From a virus (Duplodnaviria; Caudoviricetes): a stretch of 62,007 nucleotides of DNA. Below, in pieces: positions 54,601 through 62,007 of the stretch. The notes beneath the pieces were generated by a model, which was not told the DNA's origin, did not search any database, and saw only the letters and a list, made by a program, of their open reading frames with translations. Position 1 is the stretch's first letter; each line of letters starts with the position of its first letter. Location: positions 1 to 62,007 of the IMG/VR virus record IMGVR_UViG_3300024979_000006. One strand, 5' to 3'. The position numbers and the translations under genes were made by a program.

Positions 54601-56608
54601 ATGCTCGGTTTTGTTTGGCGTCATGTAACACCATCAACTCATGACTTAACGCTATCGCACTGGTAAATGCAAACTGTACATTTTGCTGCTCAAGATTGGC
54701 CTGGCCGATCATAATCGCGCGGTTATCTGCGATGTTCTGAACCATTTGCGCTTGTTGCGCTTGTAACGTAATACGCGCCTGTGCCGCTGATGATAATGCG
54801 TGTCCGGCTCGCGCCCACTGGCGACCAACAGCCGTAACATGCGCTGCTGTCTGTGCTGCGGTTTTCTCTCTACCTTCGTCCCATATCTGCGTTTTTACAG
54901 CGTCACTCAACGACGTTTTGGTGACATTCATAATCATGTCAAACAACCGTTGTTGCACACCATCGGTCAAAATATTCTGATATTCCTGATCTGTGAATGA
55001 AAATGCTACCGCTGGCGGCGCGTCAATTAAATCAGGCTCAACACCGGTGAACAAATGTTCAAGAATTGTCGGTGCGGTAGGTAATGTAATTGTGAAATAT
55101 TCGTCCTCAATAGGCATTTCCTTTGAGGGCTTATCGGGGAACACACGCGACTGTAACGATATATCAACCGGCAACACACCATCAAACGCACCTGGTGTAC
55201 TGACAACGGTTAATGTGGGTTCAGTCATAGATAATGTTGGCGCTGCCGGTATCACCAAATCTGCAATGCTACCCAATGAAACATCGCTCGGTGGTAATGC
55301 AAAATCTGGCGATACCGTTAATAATGCTGCTGATGCTGGAAAATTCGGAATTATCGACGGTTTGACGGGCGTGTCCGGGAACGTCGAATTTGCTGTAATC
55401 AAATCAGCGACTATCAAATAGTTTGGCGAAACATCAGCCATAATTGGCGCTAATGCAAAATTCGGTACGGGTGGATCAATCGTAGGTTTAGATTCAAACG
55501 CTGGCGTAACGTCAGGCATCCCGCCCATAGTTGGAAAATTAGCCTCAATGGGAAACAACTGCGCTGCTGTTGGAAAATTAGGGGCTGGATCTATTATCGA
55601 TACAGACGTTGCAAAATTTGGCGTGTTATCGAATAGTTCGGGTTGTGCCGGGTAATTCGCACCAGGATCAGTTATTTCAGCGGCAATATTAAAATTAGCA
55701 ACAACATCAGCTAAAACATTAGGCGAAGGAAACGACGCGCTGGAATCCGCTAACGCACTTTGTACAGGGAAATTAGCACTCAAATCCGACAACGTGCCTA
55801 CTGAGGTCGGGAAGTTCGGGTTTGAGTCTACGATTGTAACGCTGGTTGTAAAATTCGGATTAACCGGCTCAAGCGTAGGACTCGCTGGTAGTGTCGGTGC
55901 CGGGTCCACCATTACCGCATTAATCGTAAAATTTGGCACAATATCCAACGGATTAGATGGAGTCGGATATGCGGGAATTGGGCTTATAATCGCATTAACG
56001 GGCGAAAAATTAGCAATGGCTTCTTGTAATTCTTGAGCCGTTGGGAAATTAGGTACTGGATCAATGATCGTTGTGGTTGTATCGAAATTAGATACAGCCG
56101 CTTCCATTGTCGGTGCAGAACCATAACTCGGTGTGATCGTAGGTAACGTGCCAATCGATGGGAAACTTGGCGTGATCGTATTTGTGGACGGTACTGATGG
56201 GAAACTGGCAATCGCTGGCGTAGCTGTTGGCGCTAGTTCAAAATTAGGCGTAGGTGCAACAATAGCAGAGCCAGCAGGAAAATTCGGCACAACTAATTCA
56301 AATGACGGTTGTACCGGAACCGTTATTGTAATTGACGACAATCCGTCAAGTGCGGCTGGTCGTATGGGTGCATCAGGGGCTATGTAATCGTCAACAGTCG
56401 ATGTTACCGCACCCAACGTACCGGCAATGGTAGGTAACGCGGTTAGCGTGTCTATTGCTGCTGATATTTGCGTATTTAATTCAGCAAACGCGGTTCGTGC
56501 TTCAGTTGCGTACTCTTGCGAATCACGAATACCGCTAACGACAACGGTTTGTACGGGCGCCTCAACAAGAGGATCTCCCATAATATTGGGATCAAACGAA
56601 TTAGCCAT
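51698..56608 (-). CDS. 1636-aa virion protein with 13-aa Pro-rich repeats and 25-aa helical repeats
   Basis: ~26 x (P/A)NF-x10 at 55271-56287; 28 x 25-aa (..AE..R.......N......) at 51941-54040. Confidence 0.85.
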   Translation of the reverse strand: MANSFDPNIMGDPLVEAPVQTVVVSGIRDSQEYATEARTAFAELNTQISAAIDTLTALPTIAGTLGAVTSTVDDYIAPDAPIRPAALDGLSSITITVPVQPSFELVVPNFPAGSAIVAPTPNFELAPTATPAIASFPSVPSTNTITPSFPSIGTLPTITPSYGSAPTMEAAVSNFDTTTTIIDPVPNFPTAQELQEAIANFSPVNAIISPIPAYPTPSNPLDIVPNFTINAVMVDPAPTLPASPTLEPVNPNFTTSVTIVDSNPNFPTSVGTLSDLSANFPVQSALADSSASFPSPNVLADVVANFNIAAEITDPGANYPAQPELFDNTPNFATSVSIIDPAPNFPTAAQLFPIEANFPTMGGMPDVTPAFESKPTIDPPVPNFALAPIMADVSPNYLIVADLITANSTFPDTPVKPSIIPNFPASAALLTVSPDFALPPSDVSLGSIADLVIPAAPTLSMTEPTLTVVSTPGAFDGVLPVDISLQSRVFPDKPSKEMPIEDEYFTITLPTAPTILEHLFTGVEPDLIDAPPAVAFSFTDQEYQNILTDGVQQRLFDMIMNVTKTSLSDAVKTQIWDEGREKTAAQTAAHVTAVGRQWARAGHALSSAAQARITLQAQQAQMVQNIADNRAIMIGQANLEQQNVQFAFTSAIALSHELMVLHDAKQNRALEAAKYLVESAISLYNLKVSYLNAAVLLYETKAKVYETLTRTEINKLEKYRIELEAQRLIGTLNEQLLERYKTRVGTVVSLFELYKSELEEVKTQIQSDALLLEQFRDSITRYSALLSAKQVEWDGYKAQWTGEEMKFRAYDSVSNNFKTQIDAWSTGGEFELKKREQDIKVAFDVPLDVLAKQVDIFKARIGSETSRLDALNSYNDATTRIFAELTNAEKARLDSETQLYQADITAYGATTDAISKQIGAINELNRLNVDIARLTTEVETQRIAALNTSNTAKIQIYNAQIDAESKRIASLNDSNRVISELYRIGIDSEQSRLSTLTSLSELVLKKYEAEITAELDRLKILNDTNTSLTTIHRALVDAESARTAAYNEINRLNLEVMKAGVQAESSRLDSISRSNDSVVNLYKAVIEGESARVASIGDINKLNVEVARLSVDSEVARLRSLSDTNQTATNIFKIQVDAEVARVQSISDSNRVLMEFYTKGVDGEATRLRALADTNSSIVNVYAKQVDAESARVSAVGNSNKDNIEVVRLSVDAEKARVSALNDYNLATTNIYKVLVDSESQRSSIINEMNKVLIEFEKLGITAETERLRAAISANENYTNQFTALVQAETARVNALNDTNKVSLEASRVETEHEAARLKAIGDANQTQTEVLKALVQAEASRTGAVNEINRLYMDLTKTNVSVESERLRTIGENNKNLIDIYKVATEAESARVSALVEQSKLELQSFEVQVNAEATRLKSLGDVNTNAITLFSEEVKAESMRLSSISEINKVASEIYRYVVEAESERLKSSNESNKNISEAYRIAVEAEASRLKSLTDYNDSQVNLYKSSVQAMISQVEGLTAVYNADGQIFSEQVRGETARIGAQTAIRESDIKLVIAEGEYQMESMKANVTSMLANKELALKTMGDMARVESSLIAAFSSSVSYGASVHAGLNTGLSWSTSSNNSVSETWSHSL

Positions 56609-56635
56609 GAAAATAGCTCCGGTATTAGAAACGTA

Positions 56636-56650
56636 GCGTCCTCACGACGC
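56636..56650 (-). promoter_or_regulatory. GCGUC-GUGAG-GACGC hairpin upstream of the RBS
   Basis: Sister of 7201-7215; ~28 nt before ATG 56608. Confidence 0.5.
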
Positions 56651-56699
56651 GATTTACTATGATTATAATAGCATTCTTTTAGTTTCTGTAGATGCTAGA

Positions 56700-58181
56700 T
56701 TAGTCATTACTCGATATTGTTATAAAAGGATTAGGCATACCATCTACATACTCAAATTCCCTTCCTACATGGATGACGGCTTTATTTATGGACTTACCAT
56801 TAGCAACAATGTCGCTATACTTAAATGTTTGAAAAAGCTCTGTTCCGGCAAATAGCACATCTATATCAACATCATGCTCATCATTATCATAGTCGCATGT
56901 AATAGTTACTATATAATCACCGCCTTTTACTTCAGTTTTCATCTGCCAACTATCAATTTCATAGGTATTCACATAGTTATCTATTTTCGACCCTTCATAA
57001 TTGAGTCCGAAAACCGTTCCAGTTGGTATTCCATGTGTTACATATAGCCAATCTGGGCCTTCTGTTCCACCCCAAATCAAGCCACCACTGCCACCGACTA
57101 AATCTGGTACTGGTACTGTATGGGTTTGAGTATCATATATAGTGTAACTTTTAAGATCATCCTCAACTTTATATTTCTTAACCCCAGGCCAGCATACGGC
57201 AAACATATTAAAATCAGAATTAGCTTGAATTGCCTTTACAATTAAGAACTCGCCATCAATTCTGTAGTCTGAACAATAATAGCGCGATATAGGATCAACA
57301 GTATCTTGTGCAATTATGCAAGGTGCAAATCCATAAACAAAAACTTCATTATTTACATAATTTTGAGTTGCCGCATAGTTGTCGTTATGTGTGGCCGCAT
57401 CTTCGCTTCCAACCCAACTAGGATTAGCTGATGAAAAACATTCCTCCCAAGCATCCTTATACGCGTCTCTGGCAGCGAGTCCTACGCCTGGATAAGTGCC
57501 AATCCACGACTCAGTAAACCATGTAAAAGTGCTTGTTTTAGTTATATCGAACGTAACAGTTCCAGGGAATACCTCACTAACACCCGCCTTTATAACCGAA
57601 TATTGAGGCCCATATTCAGTCATTACATAACCAGCTTCACCCTCTAATGTTGGCGACACTATGCTATCGTCTGGCATGAAGTTATATGTCATTTCAAAAC
57701 CGTAAAACTCCGATATTTCATCAAATGTAGCAATATCATAAAATGCCCCACCCCACCAATCATTCCAGTCTGTAAAAAACTGATTATTAATTCCAGTTGT
57801 CAAGTCAGGTTCTTTTACATTCACCATCAAGTACGATTGTGTCGTAGTCGTTATTCTTACTATGAACCCGAGACATCTACATAGACCATCGCGTAGCGTT
57901 TTCCTTATCGGTACGTAAATCAACGCAACATCTGTGTCGTGATACCCGTCCGATCCAAGAACCGTCGAAACGACAATAGCTGACCCATCCTGACGTTCGA
58001 CTTTATGTGTGTATCGAGTATCGGTCGAGTTGTTGGTTTGTTGTTGAACGTGCTTTTTAAACTCACCCAATATGATTCGTGCTTGGGACTGTAAACGAAA
58101 CGCGGCTTGTTGATCACCGGCCAACACGAAACGCACCGGGCCTGTTTCTTTGCCGCCTATGTGTTCGTTGCCCCATTTCAT
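56700..58181 (-). CDS. Hypothetical tail-associated protein
   Basis: 493 aa, aromatic/acidic-rich, in the tail operon. Confidence 0.7.
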   Translation of the reverse strand: MKWGNEHIGGKETGPVRFVLAGDQQAAFRLQSQARIILGEFKKHVQQQTNNSTDTRYTHKVERQDGSAIVVSTVLGSDGYHDTDVALIYVPIRKTLRDGLCRCLGFIVRITTTTQSYLMVNVKEPDLTTGINNQFFTDWNDWWGGAFYDIATFDEISEFYGFEMTYNFMPDDSIVSPTLEGEAGYVMTEYGPQYSVIKAGVSEVFPGTVTFDITKTSTFTWFTESWIGTYPGVGLAARDAYKDAWEECFSSANPSWVGSEDAATHNDNYAATQNYVNNEVFVYGFAPCIIAQDTVDPISRYYCSDYRIDGEFLIVKAIQANSDFNMFAVCWPGVKKYKVEDDLKSYTIYDTQTHTVPVPDLVGGSGGLIWGGTEGPDWLYVTHGIPTGTVFGLNYEGSKIDNYVNTYEIDSWQMKTEVKGGDYIVTITCDYDNDEHDVDIDVLFAGTELFQTFKYSDIVANGKSINKAVIHVGREFEYVDGMPNPFITISSND

Positions 58182-59885
58182 TTATATCTGCCTGTGTATC
58201 GTTACGACTCTTGGTTTTAAATACGAAACACGCGCTTCAGATCCATTGATATTTTCAATCTCGAATTGCCATAGATCGCCTTTCGCGCCCCTGGCTAGAT
58301 CCAGCTTAACGGTTTTCATGTCAGTAGTTTTAGCGACCGCGTACACCAATCGTTTCGAGTTATCAGAACTGATACGTAACTTGCACTTGCCGCCTTTAAC
58401 TTTGACGTATAAATCAGGCACACGTTTTACGTACTGATTCTTGAAATTCATCTTGCCAGTTTTCACGTAGCCACTAATAGCCGCACCCGCGTCCGTTATC
58501 CCGGTTATCTCGTAAATACCCGAACTATTTGAACCATACTTACCGCTTATTCGATTAAATACCGATAATCTGAATTTTGATACAGGATACGTTTTTATCT
58601 GTCCTGAGTTTGTATCGGTTGTGGCTGATAAATTAATCGCCCAGGCTGAACTTTGCGTCGTAATACCATTCCATTCGACTGTGTTGTAATCCTCACTAGC
58701 AAGCGGGTTCTGAATACCTGAGAATCCTATGAATAGTAGATATTCCATACCGTCTTTATACAGGATCGTGGACGTGCCGCTTGTGTAATAGGGTATTGCA
58801 ACATGGTCGGCTGTTACATCGACGGCGCCTTCCGGCGTACAGGCAACTAGACCTTGCTTGCCCATGTAATACTGCACTTTACCATTCTCGTGGTAAACCT
58901 CAGATCCTTTAATCGATCCAACGTCGCGTATCTGTTCAAGCGTCGGCGGTCCTTCTCCATCAATATCACGTAATGAATATTGAGCAAACAACGTGCCTAT
59001 ATAAATAACACCGGGACAGTTGACGACTGTTTGAATTGAACTGTCCAACTGAATACTTGATAACGCTTCCTGCAACGAATAACGTGGACCAAATCCATCA
59101 ATATACGTCCAGTTCAAAAAAAATCCGTCAGTGTAATAAATACGCCCATAATGGTCGAGTATGCGCGATCCTGACGGGGGAGCAGGAGGAAATAGAAATT
59201 GTGTTTGTAATGGTGAATCAGAAATATTCTTGGTGATGTGTACTGAAGTAGTGGCTATCGGATATTCGTTGTAAAAATACAAGTCTGATCCATTGATAGA
59301 CGACACATAAACGGCAAATTTAGTGACATACGCGGGAGGACTGGTCGGGAATGCCGTAAGCATAATGCCGCCGTCTTCTGGCACATTTACCAATGTACTC
59401 GGTCCGGCAGCGCCTTCTTCATCGCCTATGTACGTGATGACGACGTGATACATGCCGGCGTACATGCCGCCGTATGTTACCGGAGCGCACGTGGGGTTTG
59501 TTGGAACGGCGATTCCCCATTCCCTGGCCGCAGTTTCGCCTTTTATGTATCGACCCGTAACTGTGCCATTACTGAAATAAATTGTGTCACCAATGGGCCG
59601 TGAATAGCTCATCGGATTGTTGCCGCATCCAGTTTTTAAAGATACCGGCGTGTCGGCCAGTAATTTTAAAACACCATCATCGACGTATAAGACGCCAACA
59701 CTTGATTCGTTTACTGAATGAGCATTAGCCGCTTCTACTAATTCGTAGCCATACCGGGGAAAAATAATATCCCCGGTATTGGAAAACATAACGTCAACCG
59801 CTTCAAATGCTTTACCTAACGGAACGGCGTCCAGGGCGAACCTGTTCGCCATTCCTGATAAAGTTAAAACAGGCGTGTCGGACAT
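58182..59885 (-). CDS. Tail hub/nozzle (stabilisation-protein-like)
   Basis: SGMANR...AVDV.F...G...PRYGY N-terminus, beta-propeller-like body, TG..NF....KRV...Y and RG.KG..WQF C-terminus. Confidence 0.7.
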   Translation of the reverse strand: MSDTPVLTLSGMANRFALDAVPLGKAFEAVDVMFSNTGDIIFPRYGYELVEAANAHSVNESSVGVLYVDDGVLKLLADTPVSLKTGCGNNPMSYSRPIGDTIYFSNGTVTGRYIKGETAAREWGIAVPTNPTCAPVTYGGMYAGMYHVVITYIGDEEGAAGPSTLVNVPEDGGIMLTAFPTSPPAYVTKFAVYVSSINGSDLYFYNEYPIATTSVHITKNISDSPLQTQFLFPPAPPSGSRILDHYGRIYYTDGFFLNWTYIDGFGPRYSLQEALSSIQLDSSIQTVVNCPGVIYIGTLFAQYSLRDIDGEGPPTLEQIRDVGSIKGSEVYHENGKVQYYMGKQGLVACTPEGAVDVTADHVAIPYYTSGTSTILYKDGMEYLLFIGFSGIQNPLASEDYNTVEWNGITTQSSAWAINLSATTDTNSGQIKTYPVSKFRLSVFNRISGKYGSNSSGIYEITGITDAGAAISGYVKTGKMNFKNQYVKRVPDLYVKVKGGKCKLRISSDNSKRLVYAVAKTTDMKTVKLDLARGAKGDLWQFEIENINGSEARVSYLKPRVVTIHRQI

Positions 59886-60529
59886 TAGCCGTTAAACGCA
59901 GACATCGGCCAGCTTAACAGATCCCACCATACTTCAATGGTGCCTGTCCAGGTTTGAGTCGCATCACCGTCAACATCGCCCGTTGTTGCATAGGCTGAGT
60001 TTAGATATAACTCTTTAGCAGTTGTTGTGCCGTCAAGGACAAAGAAATCGCCGACAACACCCGTACCCAAAATGGCTGATGTCAACGCACCGGCAACGTT
60101 AATCGTTGCTGATGATGTGAACGCAGTTGTTGGGATAAGATTTTGCGTAGTCGTTGCTAGCGTAGTAGATACTGCCGCGCTCGTACCAATACCTACCGCA
60201 CCCGTCGTTGAATTTAACGTAGTCGCAATAGCACTGGTTGTTTTCTGTTTCAGAGCAATCTCGGCGGCTCTAAATTGAATCACGCCTTTTGGGAACGTGA
60301 ATAGCTTGGAACTTTGATACTCAACACCATTAACAACCGTTTGCGGTAAATCAGTCAACGTAAATGTCGATTTTACTGACGTACCAACTTGCTTGTGTAC
60401 AACAGATAATTGAGCTGCCGTAAACGTACCGCTTAATGGGTTCGCTGTGGTCGTATTTAATTGTCCAATGGAACCATTGGATTTTACCGCTAATTGACCT
60501 AGCGGTTGATCATCAAAAATGTCTGACAT
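59885..60529 (-). CDS. Virion structural protein (paralog of 8327-9022)
   Basis: Shares the motifs listed for 8327-9022. Confidence 0.7.
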   Translation of the reverse strand: MSDIFDDQPLGQLAVKSNGSIGQLNTTTANPLSGTFTAAQLSVVHKQVGTSVKSTFTLTDLPQTVVNGVEYQSSKLFTFPKGVIQFRAAEIALKQKTTSAIATTLNSTTGAVGIGTSAAVSTTLATTTQNLIPTTAFTSSATINVAGALTSAILGTGVVGDFFVLDGTTTAKELYLNSAYATTGDVDGDATQTWTGTIEVWWDLLSWPMSAFNG

Positions 60530-60572
60530 TGCAATATACCTTCAATGAGAAAAGATTAAAAAATTAATCAAC

Positions 60573-61160
60573 CTACCCGCCATCACTGATAGTGAGCGTA
60601 TAGGTAAATTGAATCGAATCGCCACTTTTAGCGTCAATGGAAGCAAACACAGTTCTGTCCCACAAAACGCCCGTTGATGCTGCGTTAAATAGACCATGCT
60701 CCGTTATCGCGGCATCCGCGTCAAATGTCAGTGTTGCTACTGTACTGTAAGTTTTTGCGACACTATTAACTTGAGTACCCACGCTACGTGTCGAATCAGG
60801 ATTCAATGCTGTGGTGCATTCAGTCACAAGTGCAGTATCACCAACTGCTTCGGCTGTCGTTCCGGTTCCGCAAGCATGGTATTTAAACGTGGAAATATCA
60901 GCACTACCGGCGCCAGCGGCAAAATCATCACGTAGATAATTCACACCAGCGGTCGTAACAACACGTTTACCAATGCACCCAAGATCCAGCGTGGTGCCGT
61001 CATTACGTATGATAACAGCATCTACCGCGCCATACATCAACACCCTATCAGCATTACCCAACCAATGCGCAAACGTACCCTCAATCGCAACATATGACCC
61101 TAAATAGAAAGCGCGCCAATGCGCCTTCCAGTTCTTTATTTGATAAATAAGTTTTTGCAT
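60573..61160 (-). CDS. Tail collar/fibre-attachment-like protein
   Basis: VVTTAG...GTGTTA...DTAL..E...ITE.GLF.A...G.L..R.VF......GDSIQFTYTL. Confidence 0.65.
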   Translation of the reverse strand: MQKLIYQIKNWKAHWRAFYLGSYVAIEGTFAHWLGNADRVLMYGAVDAVIIRNDGTTLDLGCIGKRVVTTAGVNYLRDDFAAGAGSADISTFKYHACGTGTTAEAVGDTALVTECTTALNPDSTRSVGTQVNSVAKTYSTVATLTFDADAAITEHGLFNAASTGVLWDRTVFASIDAKSGDSIQFTYTLTISDGG

Positions 61161-61172
61161 GACTAATCCTCT

Positions 61173-61709
61173 TTAATGTTCTACTAAATTAAATTTCAAC
61201 GTAACGTCGAATCGTTTGCTTGCGCTTGGTGATACTCTCGCCAATACTGTGAAAAATCCGTTTGTTCTTGCTGTTGAATCGGCGGGTATAACAGGCGGTG
61301 TAATTGTTGCCGACTTATCATCAAACGATTCTGCAAAAGCAACCAATTCATCTGAAAATATAAATTCGACATCGCCAACCACTTCAGTAGGATGCAATAA
61401 GTTATACGGTTTTGCAATCCAAACCAAACCATCTGTCTCGCCATCTTCAAAGTCGTTTGTTTCTTCGTTATCACGCTTTGCCCATTCCGGTTCTGTCGTC
61501 GCATTTGATATGCCGGAATTTGAAACAGCATGATAGAAACCTTTAAACGTAGTCGGCAATACCACATCATATTCAGTAGCATTTACACGAATATAAACGC
61601 GGCCAGCTTCCCACGTTTCAGGGATAAACAACAAACCATACGATGTGAGTGAATCTGGATCGTGGTATGGAATCTCAAATGGCGCTTCCTGGCTTGCTAC
61701 ATATAACAT
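61173..61709 (-). CDS. Putative virion protein
   Basis: HDPD...YG...W; SGIS.ATTEPEW...DGLVW insert; in operon context. Confidence 0.65.
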   Translation of the reverse strand: MLYVASQEAPFEIPYHDPDSLTSYGLLFIPETWEAGRVYIRVNATEYDVVLPTTFKGFYHAVSNSGISNATTEPEWAKRDNEETNDFEDGETDGLVWIAKPYNLLHPTEVVGDVEFIFSDELVAFAESFDDKSATITPPVIPADSTARTNGFFTVLARVSPSASKRFDVTLKFNLVEH

Positions 61710-61712
61710 GAT

Positions 61713-62007
61713 TTATTTCTCAGGTGTAATTATAGTAGTGTCTTTTTTTGTAACTATTATAGACTTATCTGGCTGTTGAACAATTATCCATTTATAACAG
61801 CTCTTTAAATAATTAACAAATTTATATCGTATGCTGGTTAAACCGCCAGTAAAATTTAACGAGCCTGTCAAATAAACAAGAATCGTACCAATGGACGGAT
61901 AAGAAATTGCACCGGCGAAACTCAATGCTCCGTCGATTAATCGATTCGTTTGTTTGATCGTAGCACCGGCGAAACTCAACGCTCCGTCGATTAATCGGTT
62001 GGTTTGT
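61713..62007 (-). CDS. 3' end of the 18-aa repeat tail-fibre-like gene (probable continuation of 1-1271)
   Basis: Frame open from the right edge: QTNRLIDGALSFAGATIKQTNRLIDGALSFAGAISYP...TPEK*. Confidence 0.8.
   Translation of the reverse strand, partial: QTNRLIDGALSFAGATIKQTNRLIDGALSFAGAISYPSIGTILVYLTGSLNFTGGLTSIRYKFVNYLKSCYKWIIVQQPDKSIIVTKKDTTIITPEK

Larger units (their letters stand above)
1..62007. mobile_element. Near-complete tailed dsDNA bacteriophage genome (podovirus-type, F116/P22-like head module), likely circular
   Basis: TerS, TerL, portal, scaffold, capsid, tail, lysis and replication genes are all present. No host housekeeping flanks. Both ends lie in the same 54-bp repeat of one minus-strand gene. 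Confidence 0.95.

Noticed and set aside
39581-56636. Many 60-160-aa plus-strand ORFs opposite the large virion genes
   Set aside because: No motifs or evident RBSs; expected antisense shadows, unlike 24067-24681, which has a full HNH motif set and an RBS.
1-62007. Integrase/lysogeny module, tRNAs, alternative genetic code
   Set aside because: No recombinase or CI-like gene recognised; no cloverleaf seen in the short intergenic gaps; genes tile densely under the standard code with TAA, TAG and TGA all used as stops.

Overview
This window is a near-complete ~62-kb tailed dsDNA phage genome, probably circular or circularly permuted, because both ends fall inside the same 54-bp tandem repeat of one tail-fibre-like gene. 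It has a podovirus-type head and tail module: TerS, TerL, P22-like portal, scaffold, major capsid, tail proteins and three large ejection or polyvalent proteins. The replication module encodes an AEP primase-VirE helicase, SF2 helicase, Cas4-like exonuclease, SSB and PolB. Also present are DHFR, dUTPase, a DHH phosphoesterase, a PAPS-reductase-like protein, three DNA methyltransferases and a GH19 endolysin. No integrase, tRNA or CRISPR array was seen. Main finding: three independent HNH-type endonuclease genes are hidden inside host genes whose own frames remain fully open. One is in an alternative frame inside a helicase intein, one is antisense inside an N4/N6-MTase with its own promoter and RBS, and one is in the overlapping beta-subunit frame of an M.EcoHK31I-like C5-MTase. 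Second finding: a 1636-aa virion protein has ~26 extended 13-aa repeats matched by 28 perfectly phased 25-aa helical repeats, suggesting a self-paired ~100-nm rod. Also notable are a phage-encoded PEP-CTERM protein, an Asp-initiated class-3 mini-intein in TerL, a paralog array with a hypervariable Ala-derived segment, and an MTase cassette flanked by 37-bp direct repeats. All family assignments come from motif recognition by eye; no searches were run.
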